64,000 bases of DNA from Octopus vulgaris (lineage: Eukaryota): NCBI GenBank assembly GCA_951406725.2, contig OX597819.1, forward strand, positions 82,150,001 to 82,214,000, in the 5' to 3' direction. The notes beneath the pieces are model-generated. The model had not been told where the DNA came from and searched no databases. It was given only the letters and a program-made list of their open reading frames with translations. The position numbers were made by a program, and so were the translations under genes. Below, one piece after another: positions 27,366 to 40,659 of the stretch. The number at the start of each line of letters is the position of its first letter. The first letter of the stretch is position 1.

Positions 27366-28604
27366 CAGGGTGTTCGGGCTAAATTTGACAATTTTTATGT
27401 CTCCTTTTTTCAGGAACAGCTTAATGTTTTGGTGAACAGTCAACGGTGTTGAGGAGCATTAAGATTTAAGATGTTGATGAGAAAAACTTGTCTGGCATGG
27501 ATAGCTGGATGTCATCTGAATATTGGAAAAGATTTACCTATATCATGGTGATTGATACCAGGTGTTAAAATGCTGATATCACAACTGCTGTTCAATGCTC
27601 TGTGGACACTGTAAAGGCTGCAAGGTGTGACAAAGAGACAAAGACGATGTGAGCAAGAAGAGACACAGCAGGCATTTTGAATGCATCTGCGTACTGGAAT
27701 TAAATCAACAACTGTAGAACGTGGTGATCGAAAATCCGAGTAATTTCCTCCAGGCTTTGATGAGAGAGATGAGCGTTGAAGTCGCCACCATGAAGTTGGA
27801 TTTGAATGAAGACCTTCGCTATTGTAAAAGAGGCGCAAAGGGCAGATTCTGACAGTCAAGGCTAATGAGAAATGCTTGACGAAGGCAAAGAAGCTCCTGA
27901 ACAATTTGAGTCATCCTCTTCAACCGAGGATAATTTGGTTCTTTTCAGACAGAACTTCTTCCAGGACCCGTTGCACAGCATCCATATTTTCCGCCTACAC
28001 TCCATGTTATATTTTACATATCATGAAAACCCAGTTCTCCCAAACTCTGATGATCTTTAAATATCTCCAGTGAGTGTGACGTCATACAATGAACGGGACC
28101 TTAGGCTATATGAAACTGCTGGAGACTGTGGTTAAACTCTGGCTGAAATGGGTTGCTGCTGAAAAGCCATATGCGTGGCAACAGGATTTAGCTCCTGAAA
28201 TATATAGAGTGTTGGAAATATATAGACGTAGTTGGAGAAGTTTTGCGACTTCACAAACCATAATTTCTGGCCTCCTAATCCTTCCTATTGTAATCCCATT
28301 GTTCACTATGTACGGGGGCGCGGTTGAGAAAATAGCAACCGCTCTGCCTGCAACACTAAGGCCGAGCTAGTGGCCAAAATCAAAGAAGTATCTGAAGGTC
28401 TTCCAATTGACACAGTGAGAGAAGCAAGCTCTAAGTTCCGGAGCCGTCTTGAAGCTGTGATGGAAGCTGAGGGCGGCTACTTTGAGTAAGCTAAATGATT
28501 TAGTTGATACGTTTCGAATTTTTTTAAATACTTTATTTTTAGATAGGATGCTGTTTTTCATATTTTCCTGTTTTTGCAAACCTAAATTTAGACCGAATAC
28601 TCTA
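27366..28604 (+). mobile_element. Tc1/mariner transposon, decayed transposase (maT/DD37D-like)
   Basis: TIRs CAGGGTGTTCGGGCTAAATTT / AAATTTAGACCGAATACTCTA; motifs WFFSD, PYAWQQDLAP, WPPNPSYCNP and terminal AEGGYFE. Confidence 0.88.
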
Positions 28605-28607
28605 TAT

Positions 28608-28890
28608 ATTTCAGTCATTTGACTGTGGCCATGCTGGAGCACCGACTTTTAGTTGGAGAAATCGACCCCTGGACTTATTCTATCGTTCACCTCTGCCGAA
28701 CCGCTAAGTTACGGGAAGGTAAACACACCAACATCGGTTGTCAAGCTATGGAGTGGGAAACATAGGGAGCCACAAGCACGCACGCATGAACATATGCATG
28801 TACATATATATGTACAATGAATTTCTTTCAGTTTCCATCTACCAAATCCACTTACAAGGATTTGGTCGATCAGAGGCTCTCTCAAGACCC
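28608..28890 (-). mobile_element. SINE family 1
   Basis: ttcagtcatttgactgtggccatgctggagcacc...tttccatctaccaaatccact is the reverse complement of family 1. Confidence 0.88.
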
Positions 28891-29024
28891 GGGTTTCTGG
28901 GTAGTTACCCGTCTTCAATGTGTGATAATCACCAGCTAGTGATGAAAACTCATTGCACTCACAAAATACTATATGCATTTTTCCAGCGACAAAGTGTCGC
29001 TGATCTCGAAAAAGGAGAAATAAG

Positions 29025-29391
29025 CTATATTAAATCTTTGAGCGAGAAGTAAACAGTAACTGTACAGAATCGTAAAATATATTTGCCAACTAAATGTGGC
29101 GGTCTCATACAGGACGATGTCACTGTTGCTTTTAGCTCCAAGAAGACGGGTAATTACAAAGAAACTCGGGTCTGTGTGTATCACGTAAGACTAGAGATGG
29201 ACGCGATGACCTCTCCTCGCAAACACTAATCAGACTCAAACAGTGTGTCGTTAGCCAACTGGAGGAGATGTTTTCCTGGGGCTAAAAACAACAGTAACAC
29301 CGTTCTCTATGGGACCGCTACATTTAGTTGGCAAATATATTTTACGATTCCATACTGTTAATATTTACCTCTCGCTCTGAGATTTAATATA

Positions 29392-29392
<1 letters not shown>
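29025..29392. mobile_element. Fold-back/MITE-like element with ~120-bp inverted arms
   Basis: ctatattaaatct...gaatcgtaaaatatatttgccaactaaatgt pairs with acatttagttggcaaatatattttacgattc...agatttaatatag; inner arms actgttgcttttagctcca / tggggctaaaaacaacagt. Confidence 0.85.
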
Positions 29393-29424
<32 letters not shown>

Positions 29425-30637
29425 AGATAAGGCCTCTTAAAAGGCGAAATTGTTAGAGCGTTGAAAAGGTGCTTAATGATATTCAGTTCTTGAGGGCTAA
29501 ACAAACTTAATCCCGTTGACTGGTTTTTGAAGTCCTTCAGTTAACTACTCTCTGTTGCAAACATTTTATTCAGTTCTCCGCTTGAGGATAATTTTCTAAT
29601 TCTTTCCTTGCAGTCTCAGAATTCCTGAATACAAACGTTCATCTCTGCTGTTTTTCTCTCCCTGATTAAGTGACAAGAAACACACGCCACCAAGTTTGCT
29701 TCTATGTGGTCGTCGGGGGCCTTTAGAAAAACAGGTAAACCTCCTTCCTTTTACACTGTACACTCTTAGACAAGTATACTTATTATAACTTTGTCCTTGA
29801 TTTGAAATGCAAATTGGCAGCAGTTTAGTTTATATTGGATCGCTTGATTATGATTGATCTAGGATCAAACAATAACAACAAGAATCACAACAAAAGCTAA
29901 CACTAGTTGAGTAAATTTGGCGCATTAGATTACTTAAAATGCGTAATGGAAAATTTATGAACAGAAATAGCGTTCACTGTGTTATGAATGATTTTTTTTT
30001 TATAATCATAATGTCATGATATTAATACACACTTTGAAAGCTACAGAAGACTTTATAAAAAACAAGCCTATGGTATTTCATGTGTTCTAGCCACAATAAT
30101 TTTCGTTATGCAATAGCGATTAAATTAGCTGATTAAATGTCACTGAACCTCACATTATATTGCAACATCTGTTCACTCTTCCATAATATGGTTTGGTGGA
30201 GATTCAAGAATAATGTTTCAGAGTTTTACTTAATTTTTTTTTTATCAGTAGATTAATTTTTCATGGACCGAAGATAACTACGTAAAATTGCATTTTCATT
30301 TTCTTTTTAAAGCAACCCACGTTGACAATAAGAATCATCCATTATTATTTTTTAAAAAACAAAAAAAAAGACGTTCAGCTAATTCACGTCAAGAAAGAAA
30401 ATCTAAAAGAAACAGACACAATAGAAAAAACGAAAATAAACCCTGAGATATAAGAACACAAATCGAAAACAAAAGGAAATGAAGCAATTTTATGTTACTA
30501 ACGGTGACATAAATTATGCAGTTTTCTAGGCAAATCTGCTTCGCTCAAGAATAATTCTGTGTGCCATTACAACCACCACTCATCATAAACACCAGCATCA
30601 CTTTTTTTATTAATATTAATTATAATTCATTCTATTA

Positions 30638-30825
30638 TAGGCACAATGACTGAAATTTTGGTTATTTTGGTTATTTTGAAATTAGTTGGTTATTTTGATC
30701 CCAGTGCTCGACTAGTACTGTTTTTATCGACCTCGAAAGGATGAAAGGCAAAGTCGACCACGGCGAAATTTGTACTTGAAGCATTTTGGCCGGCGCAATA
30801 ACAGTTCTACAAGCTCACCACCTTA
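30638..30825 (-). mobile_element. SINE family 2
   Basis: aggcacaa...ttatcgacctcgaaaggatgaaaggcaaagtcgacc. Confidence 0.85.
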
Positions 30826-31269
30826 GTTAGCATGGTTCCATAGTAGTAGGGATTTACATATAGGATGGGAAGAAAGAAATAGAAAAGATGAAATGCAATA
30901 AAAGTATAGAGAGAATACAAGATATGTGATATCATGAATGATACAGTCCTCCTGAAACAGGAAGGAGACTCCAACAAGGGCCAATAAGGATTACTCTAAC
31001 CACCAAATGTACGATGACTCTCTCCTGCTCTCGAATCTATAGGCGCACGCTTAGAGTAGAACCATTCACTCGAACCATTTTTACCACAGCTTCCCATCTT
31101 TTCACAAATTCACTGGGAGGTAACACTCCCCTTTCCGCCTTCATTTTCCTTTCCAAGTGGAACTTTAAAAAGTCAGTGAGAGCTTGACTGAAAGGAGGTG
31201 TTTTTCCTCAATCCTTTCAGCCTCGTCCACCACATAACCTCTTTTGCTAAAAACTATAGCTTTAAGTCT

Positions 31270-32540
31270 AACATAAAATACGTCTAGTTTTTTCAAAAAC
31301 TAGCATTGTTTGGACACAAAAGTTAAGTTTTCTGGAGGCAGAATAGTGACAGAGTTATTTTGCAAGCCCACGTCATCCCACATTTATCTCCACGCCACAC
31401 CAATCATCCACATCATATTTTTCGATAAAATCCGAAATCCCAATTTTTGAGGATAAAACGGTTTAGTACTGACATAGGGGGCTGCTGGAAATATACAAAG
31501 ACTTCTGTACATCATGATGTCAAACGCGGTTACAGTGAATCACGATTAGAGGAAATAATAAATGAAATGGCTAAGATTAGCAAAGATAGTCAAACCTTCA
31601 CGCATAATTTTAGCAATCGCAATACAATAGATGACAAATTTCGCTGGTATTTCAAAAGTGCTGCTTGAAAGTTACCAACACGTAGCGAAAAAATATCCGC
31701 ATTTCAAACAGATATTTCCTCAGCCGCCTATTGCAGCCTTTATACGGAGGAAGAATATAAGAGAATTATTGACCTCTATTTCTGACTCCAAGAAAACGAA
31801 CATTGGAGCATCTGCACACTGTACCTTGAAAAACAGACGCAAGAGAAGTAAGCCACGTTCATTGTGCAACAAACACGAGTCAAGTGAATTCCATCAGGAA
31901 TCATAACAGAAATGTTATGATTTATACAGAAGGTGGGTCATGTAGAGATTCACATTTGGTGTACGCAGCAGAATGCATGAAACACAACTTGATTTATGTT
32001 GGTTATAGAATTGAACAATTAAACAAAAGATTTAATGGGCACATATATGACATCAGGCACAATAACAGTAGTTCGACAGAAATTGCCGAGGATTTTGCTT
32101 CAAAAGGCTGCAATTTTGAAAAAGATGTGAAAGTGCGTATTCTCAGAAAATATTCTGAATCTGCTTCACTTTTACTTCTCAAAATGCATGAGGAGAAATA
32201 TGTTTGCGTATTGTTAACATCACGCCCTGGAGGAATGAATAAAATGACAGGAGAATATCATCAAATTTATATAAAACCGTTTGATTAAATATTCTTCTTT
32301 TTTACCTTATCTTTTTCTTTCCTCTTTCTTACTCTCGTTTTTTTCTGGTTTTTTTTTCTTTTCGCCTGTTATAACATTGGAATTCAAAGACTGGTGATGT
32401 CATTCCATCAACATGTGGACGCTCGTTTCTCTCATTCATAGTTTAAATTTAAATTTCTATAATTTCGAATTTTTATCACTTCTTATTTTGAACTTGACAA
32501 AGACAAGCTTACTGTCGAAATATCGTTCAACCAATAAAAT
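31270..32540 (+). mobile_element. Penelope-like retroelement, 5'-truncated: RT thumb, GIY-YIG endonuclease and 3' pLTR
   Basis: LDTKV..GRIVTELFCKPTSSHIYLH; IFPQPPIAAFIRRKNIRELL; ORF 31884-32288 CRDSHLVYAAECMKHNLIYVG...LNKRFNGH...PGGMN; T-rich 3' UTR, hammerhead motif and AATAAA. Confidence 0.9.
32488..32530 (+). ncRNA. Minimal type-I hammerhead ribozyme, U3-A8 variant
   Basis: UUGAAC UUGACAA A GACA-agcuuac-UGUC GAAA UA UC GUUCAA: 6-bp stem I, 4-bp stem II, predicted AUC cleavage after 32524. Confidence 0.8.
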
Positions 32541-32572
32541 ATCTATTTCAATCGAATCACGCTCTTCGTTTT

Positions 32573-32573
32573 A

Positions 32574-32640
<67 letters not shown>

Positions 32641-32874
32641 TGATAATAATAATAATAATAATTTTTTTTCCTCTAAAGGCACAAGGCCTGAAATTTTGAG
32701 GGAGAACTAATCGATTGCATCGATCTCGGTGTTTCACTGGTACTTAATTTATCGACCCCGACATGGGGATAGGCTAAGTCGACCTCGGTGAAATTTGAGC
32801 TCAGAACGTAGCGACGGGCGGCATACCGTGAAGTATTTCGTGCAGCGTGCTAACGATTCTGCAAGCTTACAACC

Positions 32875-32966
<92 letters not shown>
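32573..32966 (-). mobile_element. Full-length SINE family 2 (32668-32877) between two (AAT)n arrays
   Basis: Complete family-2 sequence with (AAT)n at 32573-32662 and 32876-32966. Confidence 0.9.
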
Positions 32967-32967
<1 letters not shown>

Positions 32968-34345
32968 GTCGTCATTATCATCTACATCGCCCCTGTCGTT
33001 ATCGTCATTTAAATTAAAATAAACGACAGTTAAACACGCAGTGACTCAAGCTTCTAGAGCTTATAAGTTCATGTATGCACGCATGGATGAACATACATAT
33101 GATGTAGTCTTACGTCAGTGATAATGCATTAATCCTCAGTAACATGAAATATTAAAATTTGGTTGCTGTCCATCGTTCTTGTTTTGATAAGCCTTATTTC
33201 ATGAATGGTGAATAATAGAATGGGTAATTTTCCTCTGTTCAGTTTGTTTATCATGTCTGTGTTGCTGCTACTAGCATTATGATAAAAGAAATCTTCCTCT
33301 TCTTGAAATGTGACAAGCGTTTATTTCTGTTAATGGGCAACAGAAAATCTAAACAAAATCGATATACAAACTTGCGTTCAGTCTAATTTCACAAATAAAA
33401 GATTTCGAAACTACAATAAAACTTTTAATGAGGGAGTAATTTGCAAACAGATTTTAATAAAAATCCATGTGAAATGATTATTAAATTGAAATGAAGCGGA
33501 AGAATGAGAAAAAGGAATAAACACTAAAATAAAACATTTACAGAGATTAAAAAAAATTAACTTAATGAGCATAATTTAAATTACTGCATGAGATCTGACT
33601 TTCTACATAGGCCTATCTCATCTTTTTAAAGTATGTGGTGTTCCATCGAACAATATGTATGTGTTTATACATACGTACATACATACATACATGCATGCAT
33701 ACATACAAACATACATACATACACACATACACACATACAGACATACATGCATACATACATACACACACGCATACATACATATATTAATACATACATACAT
33801 ACATGCATGCATGCATACATACATGCGTAAGTGGCAATATGGATGGATCAGTAAACTCTTCTTATCTTTAGGTAGCCTCAGTTGATCAGACTTATTATCA
33901 GAGGCAATGAAACTGTTGTCATCCTGTTACTTTCCTGTGTACAAGAAACTAGTGACCACATCATATATTCGAGGGAGAATCTCTCTCTTATTTCTTGTGG
34001 ATTGAAGGACCACGTGGAAGATACCTCGTTTGAAAACATTGCTTTGAATGTAAACTCCGCCCCCTTTTATCGGAAAACAAAGCATTTTACTCAAAATCCT
34101 CTGCGCAATAACGGCATTAGACTTGGAAAATCTTTAAGCCACTGCCTCTCTTTTTTAGCTTATCGATCCAAATACCAGTGGATCAGATAACAGGAAAGAA
34201 GGCAAGAAAACTTCCAAGTTGGGGACTCTTTTTGCCTTTATCTCTCTTTTTCAGTGTCTGTTTGTCTGTCTGTATCTCTTTCTCTCTCTCTCTCTCTTTG
34301 ATTATCTGTCTCTGCTCTCTCCCTCCCTCCCTTCATTCCATCCTC

Positions 34346-34410
<65 letters not shown>

Positions 34411-34433
34411 ATATCTATCTATCTATCTATCTA

Positions 34434-34515
<82 letters not shown>

Positions 34516-34540
34516 AATATGTCTATCTATTTATCTATCT
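34346..34540. repeat. (TCTA)n-(TCTG)n-(TCTA)n microsatellite
   Basis: Directly visible. Confidence 0.95.
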
Positions 34541-34859
34541 TCCTCTTTCGAATAAAAAATTCATTCAAACAGATTCATTGAACGTTTTTTGCATAGCCAA
34601 AAGGGAAAAGCAAGTCACAGAACTAATATTTTACACCACTTAATTCACATTATTATATTAAGGGGAGAAAGAGTCAACATCTACGTGGCGATGTTCAAAA
34701 TGGCAATTTCCTTTCACTGGTTGAACTTCCGTCTTAAAAGGATCCCGTACTTGAAACCTATGCTGGAAAATCAAACATTTATCTTATGTTAGTTCAAATT
34801 CTTGATTGTTAGTAAAAGTCCCAAAAGAGATGTCTATATCTCGAAAACTGATGTAAGAA

Positions 34860-36400
34860 AACAGGTTCTGCAAACTTGATAAAGAAATCCATGGAAGAGT
34901 TTAGGAACTAAGGCTATGAAAACGAAGCCAATGCAGCGGTCACGTTTAAGGGAACACTAAGAACATTACCGAACAAAAATTCATTTTTGTAGTTGCAATA
35001 CATTGAATTAATTTTAATGTGGATACAGCAGAGAGGGCTATTGAATTAATTACCCATTTTCGGAATTATTGAAAATGTTCATAACTTTTCCTTTTGTCCG
35101 TAAATATAGCAAATTCTTCTGACACATACAGGCTATCAGTTACTCCATCGATTGTCAAGTATACCGAAATTGGCAAAAATCAATAGCGTGAAATCTTTTG
35201 CATAAAATTTTCATGGCATCAAATTTGCCCTACCAGCTTCCTTTCCGGAAACATTGCTATAGTAGCAATAAGTTTGTTCGTCACATGGGAAGTCAAGGGC
35301 AATGATCGTTACTCTAAATTTATTTCCTTTTTATTATCTCTCTTGACTGATAGGAGAATCAGGATAACCAGGTAAAGAGAAAGAGGGAAAGAAAGAGAGA
35401 GAGGAGGGAGAGAGAGAGAAAAAATGGGTTGGACCAGTAGTTGGCTGATACTCGAAGCTGAGCAGACAGGAAAGATGTGAAATGCAGTGTCTTAATCAAG
35501 AACACAACGCGCTGCTCTGTTCAGGAATGCAACCCACGTGTGTATGGTCACCTAACACAACAGACAGAAGTAAAGTTACAGATGCATACTTTTGTCTGGT
35601 TCATCCTTCCTGCTCCTGTTAACATCTGCACATGATATTACAGAGAAAAAAACGCTTCTGTGGTTGATAGTGATTCAGAGAACAATAAAATGTTTATTGA
35701 AAATCGGGAGAAACTGTGAGATCAATGTGACGTTTAACTGACAGAATCAAAGCATGTTACTGTCTGAAAATTGAAATTCAAGTACAAGCAAATAGAAGAA
35801 AATGAAATAATTTTTTAAAGATAGTCTGTTGAATGATAAAAGTCAGCCAAGAAATCCTGACAAGTTTATTTTTTCGGCAACAATTTTCTTTTTTGTTATG
35901 CTGTTATTAATCTAACTAGATTTGAAGCTGGAAATAAATGTTCTTATGGGTTTTTTTAAATTCCTCCGGCAGAGCCTGTTTAACATTGGAAATTTTTTGA
36001 TCAAAAAGTGCGTGTCATTTACTTAAATTTACAAAGGTGAAGTGAATGACCAGCAAAATTTCAAAAGAAGCAATCGACATGAAAAATATGATATACCGTG
36101 GTCACTTCAAGGAATTATAGAGTGAACCCAAGGGTTTACCCAATAAGGTATAGAACTACAAGCTAGAAAACTTTGAGCATTATTCCATTTTTGTTTCACG
36201 ATACCTGCAATGGCAGTCTAAGCAGAGCGTTCATTCAGTAAGTTGCAACTAATAAAGAACTATTTCAGAAAAAAAATGTCAGAAGACCACCTAATGGCCT
36301 TAGCTCCACTAAGCATCGAACTTAGTGAAAATATTGATTTCAGACATAACTTACAAAATGCTGCACACAATAAAGCCTGCATAGCAATTCTGGAAAAGAG
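34860..36400 (+). mobile_element. hAT transposase remnant (Tip100/ZMYM1-like)
   Basis: GYENEAN (~34915) resembles GQGYDNxANM; C-terminal dimerisation motif AERSFSKLQLIKNYFRKKMSEDHLMALAPLSIE at 36220-36320. Confidence 0.75.
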
Positions 36401-36857
36401 AAAACCTACGATGTTTGGTAATCCATAAGTAATGAAAATTAATCCGCTATTGTTTTATTGTAATAATTTGTGGCTTCGGCATTAAAACAATCCTGATCTG
36501 AAAAAAGTCATTATCTCGGGGGCTTTTGTACACACACACACACATACAGATACAAACACATACGCAAATACAAATACACACATTTACAGACACACTTACA
36601 CACGCGCACGCACACAGATATACACATATATATGTATACGAACTTATAAGCGCTGCATGTGTGTGAATTCTAGAGAAAATAGAGGAATTCGCAAACGCAA
36701 GGTTTCTTTTCCGTCTAAAGGGTATTTGCCTGATATTTTAAGCTGTCTTCACAGCCATCCCGCGTTCGCAGACTCCTTCATTTTCTGTAGAATACCGATA
36801 TATGCGCGCGCGCGTGTATGTATATATATATATATATATGTATTTATCTATCTATCT

Positions 36858-37515
36858 AAACATCTAGGCGCAGCATAATACCATAAAAGAAAACTTTAAT
36901 CGTCACTAAATGTGACTGGGGGTGCCGAAACATCTAAATTACTAGAAATAAAAGTTAAAAGCCCTTAATACTGTAAGAGGACAATATATATATACACTGA
37001 CAGGGGAGTAACCACCCCATGACCGTCTCTACAATCACTAGACTAGATTAGCTTCGCCTATTTCGTAGGTATCATTAGTAGTGATTATTCAAACAGTCGG
37101 TGGCTTGGCTAAATCCGTCTGCCAGTATACATATTTTTGCAATAAAGATTGATGTCTGATTTAACAAAATGCTAATGCGTATACTGAAAATTAATATAAA
37201 CATCTAGGCGCTATATGATACCATAAAAGAAAAAATTAACCGTGACTAAATGCGACTGAAGGTGCTGAAGCAACTACATTGCGAGAAATAAGAGTTAAAA
37301 ACCATTAATGCTGGCAGAGGGATTTAGACAAACCATCAACCGTTTGAGTAATCACTAATGATGTTGCCTACGAAATAAGCGAAATTAGTCTACTGATTCT
37401 AGAGACAGTCATGGGGCGGTTACCTCCCCTGTCAATATATATATATTGCGCTCTTCTTACAACATTAAGGGTTTTTAACTCTTCGGCACCCTCAGTTACA
37501 TTTAGCGACGGTTTC
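36858..37515. mobile_element. Fold-back element with architecture A-B-A-B'-A'
   Basis: aaacatctaggcgc..ataccataaaagaaaa is direct at 36858 and 37198; 36898-37127 is inverted at 37311-37515 (gacaggggagtaaccaccccatgacc / gtcatggggcggttacctcccctgtc). Confidence 0.8.
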
Positions 37516-37516
37516 A

Positions 37517-37589
<73 letters not shown>

Positions 37590-37596
37590 TTATCTA

Positions 37597-37645
<49 letters not shown>

Positions 37646-38422
37646 GTTTGCGCGTGTATATGTATGCATGTACGTATGTATATATGTATGATGGCATGCC
37701 TGTATATGCGCGTGTGTTGAACAAATATTTGTGTTTGTACCACAATATTCGAATAAAGTATGGGTTACCATCCCTCTAAAGAAAACGTATAATAAATTGG
37801 GGCAAAAGTTACCGGTAAATTGAGATCACAAGATCGTTTCAGTTTTCTTCATATATAACCCTATTAGCTTTGACATGCATGAATGTAAGGCCACCTCTTC
37901 ATTTATATGTATTGACTTTTTATTGACTTCTGCCTAAGTACATTTATCTTAAATCGGCACGCAGATGCACACAATACACCTCACAACATCCGTCTTCTCT
38001 GCTTATACATTCCTACTCAATGTGTGCGCATGTGTACGCGTCTTCAGGAAAATACCTGTAGATTCATACAATATATACATTCCTCTGTTTTATTTTACAT
38101 TTCTTGTTTAGATATTTGTATTATACTTTTTTTCTCATCAGCACTACTTGATTTTCTGACATAATATTATATATCTATTTATTGAAGGATTATATGTGTC
38201 CTTTGTAATGAGACACTAAATACTAAGCCTAGATATTTCTCTTACTTGAACCTGAGAACTACTGACCTCCTTTTTGTAAACATTCCTACCTAAATAATTT
38301 TCGGGCTTTCTTATGATGTACATACACTCAAATACACTCACGTACACACACATATACATATACATGTATAAATATGTATATATACATATATGTGTATAAA
38401 TTTATTCATATATATTTCTATC

Positions 38423-38471
<49 letters not shown>

Positions 38472-38510
38472 ATGTATGTATGTATATATATATGTATATA
38501 TATATATATA

Positions 38511-38925
38511 GTTGGAATTTACAAAAACCAAATAAACAAAAGACGAAGACGGGTCTGTAAACAACAAACAGATGTATTAGTTTAACACACGGGAAGTGAG
38601 AAAGTCTTTTTATGTTTCGAGTCGACGCTCTTCCACAGAAAGGAACACAGAAATAAACAGAGGAACAAAATAAAAAAGGTTCAGTGGCTAGCGATCAATC
38701 ATGGCGAATGCTGGACAGTGGTGGTTAGACAGGAGAGCTATGAAGAAGGGGAGATAATAAAGTAGTGGTCCCAAAACGAAGGTGCGCGTGCGTGGGTGCA
38801 TGTGTAAGTGTGTGGATGATGGTGTGGGTGCTGGGAAGAAGTCAGTGCTAGTGTGTGCGGCGTGTTGTAATGTGGTGTGGTGTGGTATGGGGTGTGTGGT
38901 GTGGGTTGGAGTGAGGGTGGGGTAG
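38511..38925 (-). mobile_element. (TA)n-inserted non-coding element with variant hammerhead motif (38605-38643)
   Basis: Minus strand: CUUU CUGUGGA A GAGC-gucg-ACUC GAAA CA UA AAAAG; second copy of the 14558 family. Confidence 0.65.
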
Positions 38926-38933
38926 GATATATG

Positions 38934-38967
<34 letters not shown>

Positions 38968-38977
38968 TGTATCCCTG

Positions 38978-39023
<46 letters not shown>

Positions 39024-39389
39024 ATGTATGTATACATATCAGTTTTAAAATAACAATATACACTATATAAAAAATAAGACAACTTTTTTAAAATGTTCGA
39101 AATTAAAAATGTTGAAAGGTTAAAAAGTGCATGTACACACACATACACACACCCAGCCACACGCACACAATACACATACAAATGCATACACACACATACA
39201 CACACATTTGGATGGCCACTGACTCTTTCATCCTGCAGTGTCCAAATATCACCCTCCTCACCAAGCAAGTTCGTGGGGTGCTGCCGGTTTGGTTGCCGAC
39301 GACCTGGTCATATGACAATGTTGCATGTTACGAGTAGCACTCAAGTGTGACCTGCTTTAAGATTGGGTTCATGTTATTCTCATTTCCAA

Positions 39390-40600
39390 GTATTAATCTT
39401 GTCCCATGGACATTCGTGGAAATTTCCGTGAATTATCTTTGTTGTCAGTTGTTAGAAGGGTGAGTTTTCGTCTTTTCTTAGAGCGCCTTGATAAATTCAT
39501 TGCCCCAAGAATTCTATCGGAGTCATAATGTGGCTTCTCGAGGGGACAGTTGATATGATCTTCACTGTCCAGCAGTAACAAGAAAAGTGCAACTGATAAA
39601 TCACTGGCTTCTATCATTGTTTGGTGATTCTTATCAAAACTTTTGAAACGGTCATTAGGAATGGACTGTGGCTGATGTTTAAGAAATTTGGCTGTCCAGA
39701 AAAGCTTGCGAATACAACCAGGGCTCTCCATAAGGATATGAAGGCTAGAGTTAGTTTTGGTAAAAACTTGGTCTGGACCATTTCCGGTTGAAAATAGAGT
39801 TAAGCAAGGTGATCTCAAAGCACTAAAACTCTTCTCCATATATTTTGCAGCTATGCTTTCAAATGCATTTTCAACTTCAACAGATGGAATTTATGTACGA
39901 TATTGCTATTCGCATAATATATGTAATCTAACAAGAATGAACTTTTAATCGAAGGTCTTTACCTCTCTGGTACGTAATATTTTGTACGCGGGCGACTGGA
40001 ACCTTGTACGTCACTCCGAGCAAAGCTTAAGAACCTAGTTAGTGCCTTTGATTTTTCATATGACGTATTTGAAAAAAAAAAACTGTTGTAATGCATCAAC
40101 CTGCCTCTGGAAAATAATTCAATGCATCTAAAATATTGTTTAAGGGTACAGTGCTTAACGTGACAACTTCTTATGAATACCTGGATAGCTTAGTTCATGG
40201 TGATGGCACTAATATCATGGTATATGTCTCATTTGTTCTTTCTGCACTGTTGTATTCTTCTGAAACAGACAATAAACAAGCGTCAAGTAAAAATCTTGGA
40301 AAGATTTCACGAGAAATGTCTCCGACACATACTCAGAATAAGTTGGTTCTCACTTGCTCCTGACACTGAGATTCTTGCTAGAGACATGCTTATTGGATGT
40401 CAACTGCGATGAACAGGTAATCTCATCCGTATTGATGAGAGCATTCTTAAACAAATGCTTATAGTGAGTCTGTACTGGGAAAGAGAAAAATAGAAAGCCA
40501 AAGAAATGATTCTTTAAAATCAAATGTGAAATGCCTTAAATTATATTTACAAAAATCTTGAATCATTTGCGGCAGATAGAGAAGCGTGCAGGGCTACGAT
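39390..40600 (+). mobile_element. RTE-clade (BovB-like) LINE RT remnant
   Basis: GNFRELSLLSV, ES*CGF, GTVDMIFTVQQ*QEKC, GLWLMFKKFGCPEK, GPFPVENRVKQGDLKALKLFSIYFAAM, VLSALLYSSET and RQVKILERFHEKCLRHILRISW. Confidence 0.9.
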
Positions 40601-40659
40601 TTTGATCGGTGTTAAGTCATATATCAATAAGCGACAGACAACTCAAGCCTGTCCCGTAT

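Noticed and set aside
31884-32288. 134-aa ORF as a host nuclease gene
   Set aside because: It is the GIY-YIG domain of a frameshifted Penelope-like element.
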